DNA of 64,000 bases from assembly GCA_045593405.1 (NCBI GenBank), contig JAZNWN010000015.1:8395-72394 (forward strand). Reading direction: 5' to 3'. Position numbers and translations under genes: made by a program. This stretch comes from Clostridia bacterium (GTDB taxonomy: Bacteria; Bacillota; Clostridia; TANB77; CAG-508). This document shows, piece by piece, positions 38,374-47,857 of this stretch (position 1 is its first letter; every line of letters starts with the position of its first letter). The notes below the pieces were generated by a model, which was given only the letters and a program-made list of their open reading frames with translations, did no database searches and had not been told where the DNA came from.

Positions 38374-39594
38374 ATGAAATTTAAATACATTTTTCTTATT
38401 TTAATTTTATTATTGAGTTTGTTTTGTTTATCTGGATGTTATGATGCACGTGGAATAGAAACTTTAGCATATGCAGTTGCTCTTGGAATTGATAAAAGTA
38501 GTGATGATACTATTCATCTAACACTTCAGTTCGCTGTTCCTACATCATCAGATTCTTCTTCATCTAGTTCACAATCTAGCTCTTCTACTATTATTGATGT
38601 TGACTGTTCTTCTATTGATTCAGGAATTAGCTTAATTAATAGCTATATTAGCAAAAAAGTCAATCTTTCACATTGTAAAGCAATTGTTATTTCTGAAACC
38701 TTAGCCTATGAAGGAATATCAGATTATATTTACACTTTAGTTAATAATGTGGAAGCTAGACCTGACTGTTATGTTATTATAAGTAGATGTGATGCATATT
38801 ATTTTTTGTCTAATTCTACTCCTACTTTAGAGTCTGTTCCTGCTAGATATTACGAATTAATATTAAATTCTAACGAATATACTGGATTTACTGAATCAAT
38901 AAAACTTGTTGATTTTTATAAAAGCATTTTAAGTAGTACTTCTCAACCTGTAGCAATTTTGGGAGGAGTAAATACTAAAGAAACTCAATTAACAGCATCA
39001 GAAGCCTCTACTCTAGACGGAAGCTATAAAGCAGACCAAACACCTATCGAAACTGAAAATAGTATTGAAAACATGGGGCTTGCAGTTTTTGTCCAAGACA
39101 AGCTAGTTGGTGAATTAGATAATGTTGAAACCATGTGCCATATGATAGTTTCTTCTGAACTTGAAAATGCAACTGTAACTGTTCAAAACCCTTATGATCA
39201 TAATAGCAAAATTTCTGTATATATTCACCTATCTAAAGATACAAAAAATAATGTAAAGCTTGTAAATGGATATCCTTATGTAACTTGTAATGTTTTCGTA
39301 GGAGGTTATGTTTTGAGCTTAGAAGATACATTAAATTTATCTGACCAAGAGACTTTAAACACAATTAATGAAACAGTAAGTTTATATTTAGAAAATTATA
39401 TTAATTCCTACCTTTATAAAACAGCTAAAGATTTTAAATCTGATATTGATGATTTTGGAAGATATCTTTTGTCTAGCTATTTAACTTTGGACGAATGGAA
39501 TTCTGCAGATTGGCTAAATAATTATCAAAATTCTTTTTTTGATGTAAATGTTGAAACTAATATTGTTAGTGGATACTTATTCAGTAAATTTTAG
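38374..39594 (+). CDS. spore germination lipoprotein, GerAC family
   Basis: Signal peptide with lipobox LFCLSGC. This is the third gene of the gerA-type operon. Confidence 0.8.
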   Translation: MKFKYIFLILILLLSLFCLSGCYDARGIETLAYAVALGIDKSSDDTIHLTLQFAVPTSSDSSSSSSQSSSSTIIDVDCSSIDSGISLINSYISKKVNLSHCKAIVISETLAYEGISDYIYTLVNNVEARPDCYVIISRCDAYYFLSNSTPTLESVPARYYELILNSNEYTGFTESIKLVDFYKSILSSTSQPVAILGGVNTKETQLTASEASTLDGSYKADQTPIETENSIENMGLAVFVQDKLVGELDNVETMCHMIVSSELENATVTVQNPYDHNSKISVYIHLSKDTKNNVKLVNGYPYVTCNVFVGGYVLSLEDTLNLSDQETLNTINETVSLYLENYINSYLYKTAKDFKSDIDDFGRYLLSSYLTLDEWNSADWLNNYQNSFFDVNVETNIVSGYLFSKF

Positions 39595-39778
39595 GAGGCA
39601 TATATGAAATATTTAATTTTAGTTTTATCTATTTTTATCTCTATTAAAACTGTTAGTTATGGTATTTATGAAATAAAAAAAAATAGCAACTTATCACGGT
39701 GGTATTGCCGTAATAATAATTGCTATTGTTAGTTTTATTTATCCTAATATTATAATTTATATAAATGGTTCTTAATTC

Positions 39779-40030
39779 TTATAACATATATACTATTCCT
39801 AATACTACAGTAAGTATTATAAATACAATTCCTAAAATTATAGTCCATTTTTTTAGTTTTCCTTCTTTTGTTCTACCTTTATTTTTTTCATAAAAGCTAC
39901 CACCTTGTGAGCCTCCAACTATTGCACTTGACGCACCTTCATCTTGGCTATTTTGCATTAATGCAATTACGATTAGCACTAAACATACTATAACATAAAC
40001 TATTATTAACAATGTTTTTAATATTCCCAT
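39779..40030 (-). CDS. secG: preprotein translocase subunit SecG
   Basis: From the M at 40030 (GGAGG RBS) the product is MGILKTLLIIVYVIVCLVLIVIALMQNSQDEGASSAIVGGSQGG.... Two transmembrane helices flank a Gly-rich loop, which is typical of SecG. Confidence 0.75.
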   Translation of the reverse strand: MGILKTLLIIVYVIVCLVLIVIALMQNSQDEGASSAIVGGSQGGSFYEKNKGRTKEGKLKKWTIILGIVFIILTVVLGIVYML

Positions 40031-40147
40031 TATTGTTCCTCCATTTCTGTTTGACTTAAATATTTTAGCACAAGTAAATGTAAATTGCAAGATATAAATT
40101 GGGAATTTTGTTACAGTTTAGTAAATATCTAAAATTTATAGATTATA

Positions 40148-40226
40148 TGTAAGGGTCAGCCTTGGTCGACCCTTAATTTTAAATTTTCTTAATTTATTCA
40201 GGCAGAGCAAGCCCTGCCCCCTACAA
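40148..40226. repeat. REP-like element pair
   Basis: TGTAAGGGTCAGCC-TTG-GTCGACCCTTAA, and later GGCAGAGCAAGCCCTGCCCCCTACAA. Confidence 0.6.
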
Positions 40227-40267
40227 TTTTTATCCTTAAATAATCATTTGCTTAATTTTCTCTTTTA

Positions 40268-41140
40268 TTGTATAATATTTCCATGAGAAAATTAATTGTT
40301 GATAAAAAATATAATAATAAGAAACTTACTAATTTTTTACTAGATAATTTTAATGGTTTATCTACGAATACTCTTTACAAAGCACTTCGTAAGAAGGATA
40401 TTTTGATAAATGACATTAGAGTTAAAGATAATGTTACATTAAATACTGGAGATAATGTTACAATTTATATTACTGATAACTATCTTTTTAAACAAGTTCA
40501 TTTGGATATTGTTTTTGAAGATGATAATATTTTAGTCGTTAATAAGCCTTCTGGTATTGAGGTTGTTGATGAAAATTATTCTGGTGAAACATTAACTAAA
40601 TTACTTAAAAAAAACGCAATTAATCCTATCTTCCCTTGTCATAGGTTAGATAGAAATACATCTGGTCTTGTTTTATTTGCTAAAAATGAAAGTGTGTTAA
40701 ATATTTTACTTGATAAATTTAAGAATAAAGAAATTAGTAAATTCTATAAATGCAAAGTTTATAGCATACCTAAAAAAACTTCTGCTACACTTGAAGCATA
40801 CCTTTTTAAAGATAATAAGAAATCTTACGTTTATATTTATGATGAACCTAAAACTGGCACAGTAAAAATTATTACATCATATAAAGTTTTAAAAACAGAT
40901 TTAAAACAAAATACTGCTACACTAGAAGTTGAACTTCACACAGGAAAAACTCACCAAATACGCGCACATCTTGCCCATATTGGTCATCCAATTATTGGTG
41001 ATGGCAAGTACGGAAAAAATGAGATTAATAAAAAGTTTAAAAAAACTACTCAAGAACTTTTTGCTTATAAATTAATTTTTAATTTTAAAACAGATGCAGG
41101 GATTTTAAATTATTTGAATGGAAAAGAAATAATTTTGTAA
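40268..41140 (+). CDS. RluA-family 23S/tRNA pseudouridine synthase with S4-like N-terminal domain
   Basis: HRLDRNTSGLVLFAK and the HQIRAH motif are present. Confidence 0.9.
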   Translation: MYNISMRKLIVDKKYNNKKLTNFLLDNFNGLSTNTLYKALRKKDILINDIRVKDNVTLNTGDNVTIYITDNYLFKQVHLDIVFEDDNILVVNKPSGIEVVDENYSGETLTKLLKKNAINPIFPCHRLDRNTSGLVLFAKNESVLNILLDKFKNKEISKFYKCKVYSIPKKTSATLEAYLFKDNKKSYVYIYDEPKTGTVKIITSYKVLKTDLKQNTATLEVELHTGKTHQIRAHLAHIGHPIIGDGKYGKNEINKKFKKTTQELFAYKLIFNFKTDAGILNYLNGKEIIL

Positions 41141-41170
41141 TTTGTATATAAATGCTTCTAAGATTTTGTA

Positions 41171-41228
41171 AAAGAGCCCCTTTAATAAGGGGGCTGTCAC
41201 CGCCCAGGTGACTGGGGGTTCTTTTTTT
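41171..41228 (+). terminator. tandem hairpin rho-independent terminator after the rluA-family gene
   Basis: AGCCCC-loop-GGGGGCT is followed by CCCAG-GTGA-CTGGG and then TTCTTTTTTTT. Confidence 0.6.
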
Positions 41229-41326
41229 TATGTCTTAAGAACCCTCCGTCAGCCATCGGCTGCCACCTCCCTTGTTAAAGGAGGTTTCTTGCATATCCTT
41301 CGTAGCATTCTTTTTTAATTAATTCA

Positions 41327-42313
41327 CTATAATCTTCTTATCAATTTATCGTGTACATTTTCAAAAAATATCTTTCGTATTTCGTGTTCAGAAAAAACAT
41401 TTTCTAATAATAACTTTTCTATTCTATGTTTTACCTCTTCTTGTTTAAACACATTCATGTTTTGGTAAATTTCTGGCTGTATTTTATAATAGCTCATATC
41501 GTCTGTTGCAACTGCAATATTATTTACATCTCCAAATAGTCTTTTTAAGTAGTTTATATGATTTACATATGCTATTTCATAATCTGAATTATTATAACTA
41601 CTGCAAAAATCTTTTACAGAAACAACTCCAACTATTCCATCTAATTTTTTTATTTCTAATAGCTGTCTATCTGTTAAGTTCCTAGGCACATTACAATATC
41701 TTTTGCTATTTGAGTGTGATGCAAATACAATGGGGTCTAAACCTTTTTGTTTTAGCTCATTACATTTATATATAATATCGTAAAAAGTTTTCTCATTTGC
41801 ATGTGATAAATCTATTGCAATTTTTTTATTAACTAATTTTTCTACAAGCTGTTCTCCTAAGCTAGTCAATCCTTCTGTGTTTTCCCCTCTTAACCCCGCT
41901 CCAAATTTGTTTTTATTATTCCAAACTATTCCTGTAGTTCTTAACCCTAAATTATATAATATATCAATATCATTTATATCTTTTAAATAATCTAGTCCTT
42001 CTATTCCAATTAAGTATTTAATGCGGTATGGGATTAGCCTATATCTTCTAATTAGAGAATTTACAATTTTTAAATTTTGAATAATATCAATTTCACTTGG
42101 TTGTATACTTAGTTCATCATACATTTCTTTTTCAGACATGTAAAATAAATTAAAAATACCACCTGTAATATTATTATTAAATATTTTTCTGCAATGAGAA
42201 ATTACTGGTCTCAAATCTCTTCTATTCATATAAATATATGTAAGTAAATCGTAATGACAATCAAACATAAAATCACCATTGATAGTATATGATAATGGAA
42301 TAAAAATGTTCAT
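41327..42313 (-). CDS. membrane dipeptidase (peptidase M19 family)
   Basis: The GLRTTGIVWNNKNKFGAG...IDLSHANEKTF blocks are typical of the renal-dipeptidase family. Confidence 0.8.
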   Translation of the reverse strand: MNIFIPLSYTINGDFMFDCHYDLLTYIYMNRRDLRPVISHCRKIFNNNITGGIFNLFYMSEKEMYDELSIQPSEIDIIQNLKIVNSLIRRYRLIPYRIKYLIGIEGLDYLKDINDIDILYNLGLRTTGIVWNNKNKFGAGLRGENTEGLTSLGEQLVEKLVNKKIAIDLSHANEKTFYDIIYKCNELKQKGLDPIVFASHSNSKRYCNVPRNLTDRQLLEIKKLDGIVGVVSVKDFCSSYNNSDYEIAYVNHINYLKRLFGDVNNIAVATDDMSYYKIQPEIYQNMNVFKQEEVKHRIEKLLLENVFSEHEIRKIFFENVHDKLIRRL

Positions 42314-42404
42314 ATAACTTTAACTTATTATATTTATAATTTGCTCTAAACTGCTATAAAATTTGCATATTTTTGCAAATTATGGTATACTTATAAGTAA
42401 TATA

Positions 42405-42702
42405 AGGCGGAAGTCTTATTGTTAGCATATCCCAAAAAATAATTTTAAAGGAGAAAGAAAAAAATGGCAGACTACATTTGTAAAGCATCCCCCTTCAAGG
42501 CAAGCAGTTGTGACGGTAATTGCAGCCGTTGCTCATCAGCACACAAAAATGCTTATGCACCTTCTGCCCCTCGAGCAGAAGACACAACTATGATTCCTTC
42601 CTATTACTGGCCCTTCACCACAAATGAGGACCGCAAATCCGGAAGGGTCCAGACCTTCTAAGCCATTCCTCCCGCTAGATAAAAGCGGGAGGGTTTTCTT
42701 TA
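42405..42702 (+). other. GC-rich structured element of about 290 nt (candidate ncRNA), or a 65-aa Cys-rich ORF (42464-42661) with atypical GC-rich codons
   Basis: A TTGCAA-N17-TATACT promoter-like box lies near 42375-42403. Several nested stems are present, for example CTTCTGC...GCAGAAG and CTGG(CCCTTC...GAAGGG)TCCAG. It ends in the terminator CTCCCGC-TAGATAAAA-GCGGGAG followed by a T-run. A strong AAAGGAG RBS precedes the ATG at 42464. Confidence 0.35.
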
Positions 42703-42824
42703 ATTTATTATTAATTTTAATTGCCTTAGTGGATAATTAATATTTAAAAATGAATAGTGAATAATACCAAATGTGCTCCTTTCTAAATTGAGCTCATTAT
42801 TCACTGCAACGAAGTCGCACATTT

Positions 42825-42945
42825 TGGCTGGGGTGGGAGGTCCGGCAAGCCGCGTCAGAAAAAATGTCCAGTGGACATTTTTTACCTGCGTTTCGGCAGG
42901 CCTTAACCTGCTCGAAACTTGGCAACTTCCTTTTCGAATCCTCCC
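42825..42945 (-). repeat. tRNA-3'-linked repeat element, copy D (next to tRNA-Gln; long form with extra hairpin)
   Basis: TGGCTGGGGTGGGAGG is shared with tRNA-Gln. The core follows, then the extra hairpin GTTTCGGCAGG-CCTTAA-CCTGCTCGAAAC and the right end CTTCCTTTTCGAATCCTCCC. Confidence 0.7.
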
Positions 42946-42990
42946 TTTTAGTATAATATAAAAAAACCATCTTTTGATGGTTTTTTATTC

Positions 42991-43066
42991 TGGCTGGGGT
43001 GGGAGGATTCGAACCGCCGAAATGCCAGAGTCAAAGTCTGGTGCCTTACCACTTGGCTACACCCCA
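42991..43066 (-). tRNA. tRNA-Gln (anticodon TTG)
   Basis: Reverse complement reads TGGGGTGTAGCCAAGTGGTAAGGCACCAGACTTTGACTCTGG... with an encoded CCA. Confidence 0.85.
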
Positions 43067-43089
43067 ATAATTAGTTTTATATGTGTTTG

Positions 43090-43167
43090 TGGGGTGGAAG
43101 ATGGGACTCGAACCCACGGCCTCTAGTGCCACAAACTAGCGCTCTAACCAGCTGAGCTACACCCACC
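43090..43167 (-). tRNA. tRNA-His (anticodon GTG) with encoded G-1
   Basis: Reverse complement reads GGTGGGTGTAGCTCAGCTGGTTAGAGCGCTAGTTTGTGGCACTAG.... The acceptor stem has one mismatch, and CCA is encoded. Confidence 0.75.
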
Positions 43168-43262
43168 ATTTGTTTACAAACGCATATAATATTTTAAATA
43201 AATTTTTATATTTTGTCAATACCTATTTAAAAAAAAGTTCGAGAAGTCGAATTTTTTTAAAT

Positions 43263-44354
43263 TTATACATTAAACTTAAATAACACGATATCCCCATCTT
43301 GCATTATATATTCTTTTCCTTCTTGGCGTACTAGCCCTTTTTCTCTTGCATTTACCATTGAACCTTCGCGTATTAAATCTTCAAAAGATACTATTTCTGC
43401 TTTTATAAAACCTCTTTGTATATCTGTATGTATTTTTCCAGCAGCTTCTGGTGCTTTTGTTCCTTTTTTTATTGTCCATGCTCTTACTTCTGGTTCTCCA
43501 GCCGTCAAAAATGACATTAGTCCTAGTAAATCATAGCTTTCTTTTACTACTCTATCTAGTCCAGATTCTTCTAATCCTAATGCTTCTAGCATTTCTTTTT
43601 TATCTTCATCTTCTAAAGTTGATAATTCCTCTTCTATTTTTGCACAAAGTGGTATACATTTTGTTTTTTCTTGATTTGCAAGTTCTACTACTTTTTTTAC
43701 ATTCTCATCATTTTGGCTATCCGCAAGTTGATCTTCAGATACGTTTGCAATATATATAATTGGTTTACTTGTTAGTAGGAATAAATCTTTTAAATATTCT
43801 TTTTCTTCGTCTGATATTTCTACTGTTCTTGCAGATTTCCCATTATCTAAAGCTTCTTTTAATCTTGACAAAGCATTTATTTCTATTTGATATTTTTTAT
43901 CTGATTTTAACATTTTATTTGCTTTGTCTAGTCTTTTTTCTACTGTTTCTATGTCTGCAAATATCAACTCTAAATTGATTGTTTCTATATCTCTTAGTGG
44001 ATTTATATTTCCATCTACATGAACTATATTTGAGTTTTCAAAACATCTTACTACCTCTACAATTGCATCTACTTCTCTTATATGTGATAAGAACTTATTT
44101 CCTAATCCTTCGCCTTTACTTGCACCTTTCACTAATCCTGCAATATCAACAAATTCTATAACTGCATGTGTTGTTTTTTGAGGATTATACATTTTTGTAA
44201 GTTCATCTAGTCTTTCATCTGGTACAGGTACTATTCCTACATTTGGTTCTATTGTACAAAACGGATAGTTTGCACATTCTGCACCTGCTTTTGTTATAGC
44301 ATTAAACATTGTGCTTTTTCCTACATTTGGAAGTCCTACTATTCCTATTTTCAT
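43263..44354 (-). CDS. ychF: ribosome-binding ATPase YchF
   Basis: The N-terminus reads MKIGIVGLPNVGKSTMFNAIT. The TGS C-terminal domain is present. The protein is 363 aa. Confidence 0.95.
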   Translation of the reverse strand: MKIGIVGLPNVGKSTMFNAITKAGAECANYPFCTIEPNVGIVPVPDERLDELTKMYNPQKTTHAVIEFVDIAGLVKGASKGEGLGNKFLSHIREVDAIVEVVRCFENSNIVHVDGNINPLRDIETINLELIFADIETVEKRLDKANKMLKSDKKYQIEINALSRLKEALDNGKSARTVEISDEEKEYLKDLFLLTSKPIIYIANVSEDQLADSQNDENVKKVVELANQEKTKCIPLCAKIEEELSTLEDEDKKEMLEALGLEESGLDRVVKESYDLLGLMSFLTAGEPEVRAWTIKKGTKAPEAAGKIHTDIQRGFIKAEIVSFEDLIREGSMVNAREKGLVRQEGKEYIMQDGDIVLFKFNV

Positions 44355-44377
44355 TTTTATTCTCCTTTATTTATAAT

Positions 44378-44455
44378 TGCAGGTCGCCCAAGGGTGCGAC
44401 CCCTACATTTTTTATATCATTATTGACGGGCAGGGATGGAACCCTGCCCCCTACA
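44378..44455. repeat. REP-like element pair
   Basis: GGTCGCCCAAGGGTGCGACCCCTACA, and later GGGCAGGG-ATGGAA-CCCTGCCCCCTACA. Confidence 0.7.
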
Positions 44456-44460
44456 GATAA

Positions 44461-45768
44461 TTATTTCATCATTTCTATAATTTCTTCTACTGTTTTTTGT
44501 TCTTGGTCTCCTGTTTCCATATTTTTTAGTGTTAACCTTCCTGTTTTTATTTCGTCTTCTCCTATTACAATTACATATGGAATTCTCAATTTATCTGCAT
44601 ATTTAAATTTTGCTTTTATTTTTTTATTATCAAAATATATTTCTGTGTTTATTCTTGCTCTTCTTAATTTGCTTGCAACTTCAATTGATGGTTTTAAATC
44701 CTCTACCATTGAAATTATCAATATATCTGATATTGAGCTTTTATTTGCTTTTATTAATCCTAAATCATCTAATACAAAGAATAGTCTTGTAAGTCCTATA
44801 GACATTCCTACTCCTGGAAGTTGTTTGTCCGTATAGAATCCAGCCAAGTCATTATATCTTCCACCTGAGCATACACTTCCTATAGATTTATATTCATCTA
44901 AGAATGTTTCATAAACAGTTCCTGTGTAATAGTCTAATCCCCTTGCAATACTTAAATCTAGCATAAAATAATCATCTGGAACACCAAATACTCTTATATA
45001 TTTTACTACTTCTTTTAATTCTTCTAATCCTTTTATAAATGTTTCATTCTCTACATTTAATTTTGATAATGCATCTATTTTTTCATCTGTTGTTCCATTT
45101 ATTTTTATAAAATTTAAAATAAATTCAGCTTTTTCTTTTGATATACTTAATTCCTCTAGTTCTTCCTTTACTTTTTCTTCTCCTGCTTTTTCTATTTTGT
45201 CAATCGCTCTCATTATGTCTTGACTTATTTCTTTTGCATTTATGTATTCAAATATTCCATTTAATATTTTTCTGTTATTAATTCTTATTGTGAATTTCCC
45301 TAATCCTAATTCGTTAAATACATCATAAATAATACTTGGGATTTCTGCATCATTTATTATATTTAACTCTCCATCCCCAATTATATCTATATCACATTGG
45401 TAAAATTCTCTATATCTTCCTTTTTGTGCACGTTCTCCTCTATATACTTTTCCAATTTGATATCTTCTAAAAGGGAAACTAAGTTGTCCTTGATATTCTG
45501 CTACATATTTTGCAAGTGGAACTGTTAAGTCAAATCTTAAAGTTAATTCATTATCTCCTTTTGTAAATGAATATACTTGTTTCTCTGTTTCTCCACCAGC
45601 TTTTGCAAGTAGTACTTTTGAGCTTTCAATTACTGGCGTATCTATTGGTAAAAATCCATATTTCTCATATGTTTTTTGTATTTTTTCCTTCATTTGATTA
45701 AATAGTATTTGCTTATCTGGCATTAATTCCATAAATCCAGGCAAGGTTCTTGGTTCGATTTTATTCAC
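44461..45768 (-). CDS. hisS: histidine--tRNA ligase
   Basis: Class II motifs include RYQIGKVYRGERAQKGRYREFYQ. The C-terminal anticodon-binding domain is present. Confidence 0.9.
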   Translation of the reverse strand: MNKIEPRTLPGFMELMPDKQILFNQMKEKIQKTYEKYGFLPIDTPVIESSKVLLAKAGGETEKQVYSFTKGDNELTLRFDLTVPLAKYVAEYQGQLSFPFRRYQIGKVYRGERAQKGRYREFYQCDIDIIGDGELNIINDAEIPSIIYDVFNELGLGKFTIRINNRKILNGIFEYINAKEISQDIMRAIDKIEKAGEEKVKEELEELSISKEKAEFILNFIKINGTTDEKIDALSKLNVENETFIKGLEELKEVVKYIRVFGVPDDYFMLDLSIARGLDYYTGTVYETFLDEYKSIGSVCSGGRYNDLAGFYTDKQLPGVGMSIGLTRLFFVLDDLGLIKANKSSISDILIISMVEDLKPSIEVASKLRRARINTEIYFDNKKIKAKFKYADKLRIPYVIVIGEDEIKTGRLTLKNMETGDQEQKTVEEIIEMMK

Positions 45769-45801
45769 GTGTGTTCCCTCCTTTATGTTATTTCCTTTAA
45801 T

Positions 45802-45871
45802 TGTGTAGTGGTCGGTCTTGATCGACCCGCAAATTACATTTATTCGGGCTGGTCAAGACCAGCCCCTACAA
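45802..45871. repeat. REP-like element pair
   Basis: GTGGTCGGTCTTGATCGACCCGC, and later GGGCTGGTC-AA-GACCAGCCCCTACAA. Confidence 0.65.
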
Positions 45872-47839
45872 TTATTCTATCGTTATCTCTGTTTGTGTAT
45901 TTAAATTAAACTCTGTTGTTCTTTTTGTACTTCCATCTATTATAACCTTTACAACAACAGTTCCCCTTCCAGTTGTTGTAAGTTTAACGCTTGTGTTGTC
46001 CTTACTTACAGTTTTAGATTCTATTTGTTCTCCATCTACTGTTACTTTTAATCCTACTGTTCCTGGTTCCTTTGTTACAGTTTCCCCTTCTTCATTTTCT
46101 TCTGTTTCTGGTGTATAGCCTACTATTGATGCTACATTTATATTTATTGTTCCTGTTTTCAATTCACTATAAGTATTTATTGTAATTGAAATCTCTGTAT
46201 CCTTGTCTACCATGCTTTTTGGAGATACTGTTTGAGAAACTACTCCAGGACCTTTGCTAGAGTCATTTATTGTACTTGTGCTTTTCCATTTTAGTTTTGC
46301 GTCTGTTAATGCTTTTTTTGCAGTTTCTTCTGTCATTCCTGTCAAATCTGGTACTTCTACTTGTTCTATACCTAAACTTACTTTTATTTTTATTGTACTG
46401 CCTTTAAGAATTTCTTCTCCTTCTGCGACATCTTGTTCTATTACATAATCTTTTTCTATTTCATCACTATTTTCCTCTTCTACTTCTGCTACTAATCCTA
46501 AACCTTTTAATTCATTAATTGCCTCATCTCTTTTTTTGCCAACTACTTTTGTTACAGTTACCAATTCTTGACCCTTACTTATAACTACTTTTACTTTCGA
46601 ACCTTCTTTTACGGTATAATTCTCTTGGTAAATTGGATCTTGACTTATAATTTTTCCTGTTTCTATTTCAACATGAAAATCTTCCTCTGTTTCTAAAACT
46701 AGTCCTGCTGCTTCAGCTGCAACATTTGCCTCATCTAGTGTCATTCCTGCAAAATTTGGGAGTGCCACATCTTTTACTCTTCCAAGACTTAAAGCAAATA
46801 ATGTTATACACATTGTAACTACAAACACAAATATAAAAGATGCAATTATCGCAATCCATTTTTGTATTGGATGTTTTTCAAAATGTTTTTTAATTTTAGC
46901 TATTTTTCCTTCTTTTTCTCTTGAATGTTTTTCTTTTTTATTATCATAATCTAATGAAATTCTTTTTGTTGCAAATTCATCTACTTCAGGAATAGGCCTT
47001 ACAAATGAACCCATTTCATCCTTTAGGCACATTTCTAAATCTTTAATCATTTCTGATGCAGACTCATACCTCATAGTTGGCTCCTTTTGCATTGCTTTTA
47101 ATATTATTTTATTTAACTTTACTGGTATTTGTTTATTAAAAACAATTGGTTCAACAGGTTCTTCTTGCATATGTTTTAATGCAACAGAAACTGGTGTATC
47201 TGCATCAAAAGGTACCTTTCCTGTTACCATTTCATACATTACAACTCCTAATGAGTAAAGATCAGATTTTGCATCTGTATGTCCGCCTTTTGCATGTTCT
47301 GGTGAAAAATAATGTACAGATCCTGTTGTTACGCCAAATGCTGTAATTGTTGAGTTTGATACTGCTTTTGCAATTCCAAAGTCTGTTACTTTTGCAACAC
47401 CTTCTTCTGTAATTATAATATTGTGTGGTTTTATATCTCTATGAACTATATTATTTTTATGAGCTTTTTCTAAGCCTCTTCCAATTTGAACAGCTAAATC
47501 TACTGCCCACTTCCAAGCTAATGCCCCATCTTCTACTATAATCTCTTTTAATGTTTTTCCTTTTACAAGCTCCATTACTATATAGTATAAATTCCCTTCA
47601 TGTCCTACATCATATACAGATACTATATTTGGATGTGTTAAACTTGCTGCTGACTGAGCTTCTACATTAAATCTTTTTATAAATTCGTTATCTGTTGTAA
47701 ATTCATCTCTTAATATTTTTACAGCTACTTCTCTTTTTAGTACATGGCATTTAGCTCTGTATACTGTTGCCATTCCACCTGTACCAATTTTTTCTATTAT
47801 TTCGTACCTATTACCAAGAATTTTCCCTTGTAAATTCAT
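45872..47839 (-). CDS. prkC: Ser/Thr protein kinase with PASTA repeats (PrkC-like)
   Basis: The kinase domain (GTGGMATVYRA...HRDIKPHN...DFGIA) is followed by a transmembrane helix and extracellular PASTA repeats. Confidence 0.9.
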   Translation of the reverse strand: MNLQGKILGNRYEIIEKIGTGGMATVYRAKCHVLKREVAVKILRDEFTTDNEFIKRFNVEAQSAASLTHPNIVSVYDVGHEGNLYYIVMELVKGKTLKEIIVEDGALAWKWAVDLAVQIGRGLEKAHKNNIVHRDIKPHNIIITEEGVAKVTDFGIAKAVSNSTITAFGVTTGSVHYFSPEHAKGGHTDAKSDLYSLGVVMYEMVTGKVPFDADTPVSVALKHMQEEPVEPIVFNKQIPVKLNKIILKAMQKEPTMRYESASEMIKDLEMCLKDEMGSFVRPIPEVDEFATKRISLDYDNKKEKHSREKEGKIAKIKKHFEKHPIQKWIAIIASFIFVFVVTMCITLFALSLGRVKDVALPNFAGMTLDEANVAAEAAGLVLETEEDFHVEIETGKIISQDPIYQENYTVKEGSKVKVVISKGQELVTVTKVVGKKRDEAINELKGLGLVAEVEEENSDEIEKDYVIEQDVAEGEEILKGSTIKIKVSLGIEQVEVPDLTGMTEETAKKALTDAKLKWKSTSTINDSSKGPGVVSQTVSPKSMVDKDTEISITINTYSELKTGTININVASIVGYTPETEENEEGETVTKEPGTVGLKVTVDGEQIESKTVSKDNTSVKLTTTGRGTVVVKVIIDGSTKRTTEFNLNTQTEITIE

Positions 47840-47857
47840 ATTTTAAACCTCCAAAAT

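Noticed and set aside
39603-39668. Short plus-strand ORF after gerAC, with an apparent in-frame CGG further downstream.
   Set aside because: On careful reading the ORF stops after 22 codons (…TAT GGG TAT TTA TGA). The CGG at 39697 is non-coding.
42405-42702. Identification of the GC-rich element as SRP (4.5S/scRNA) RNA.
   Set aside because: A UCC-GGAA-GGG tetraloop is present. However, the flanking symmetric and asymmetric internal loops of SRP helix 8 and the Alu-domain motifs cannot be aligned. Left as an unassigned candidate RNA.
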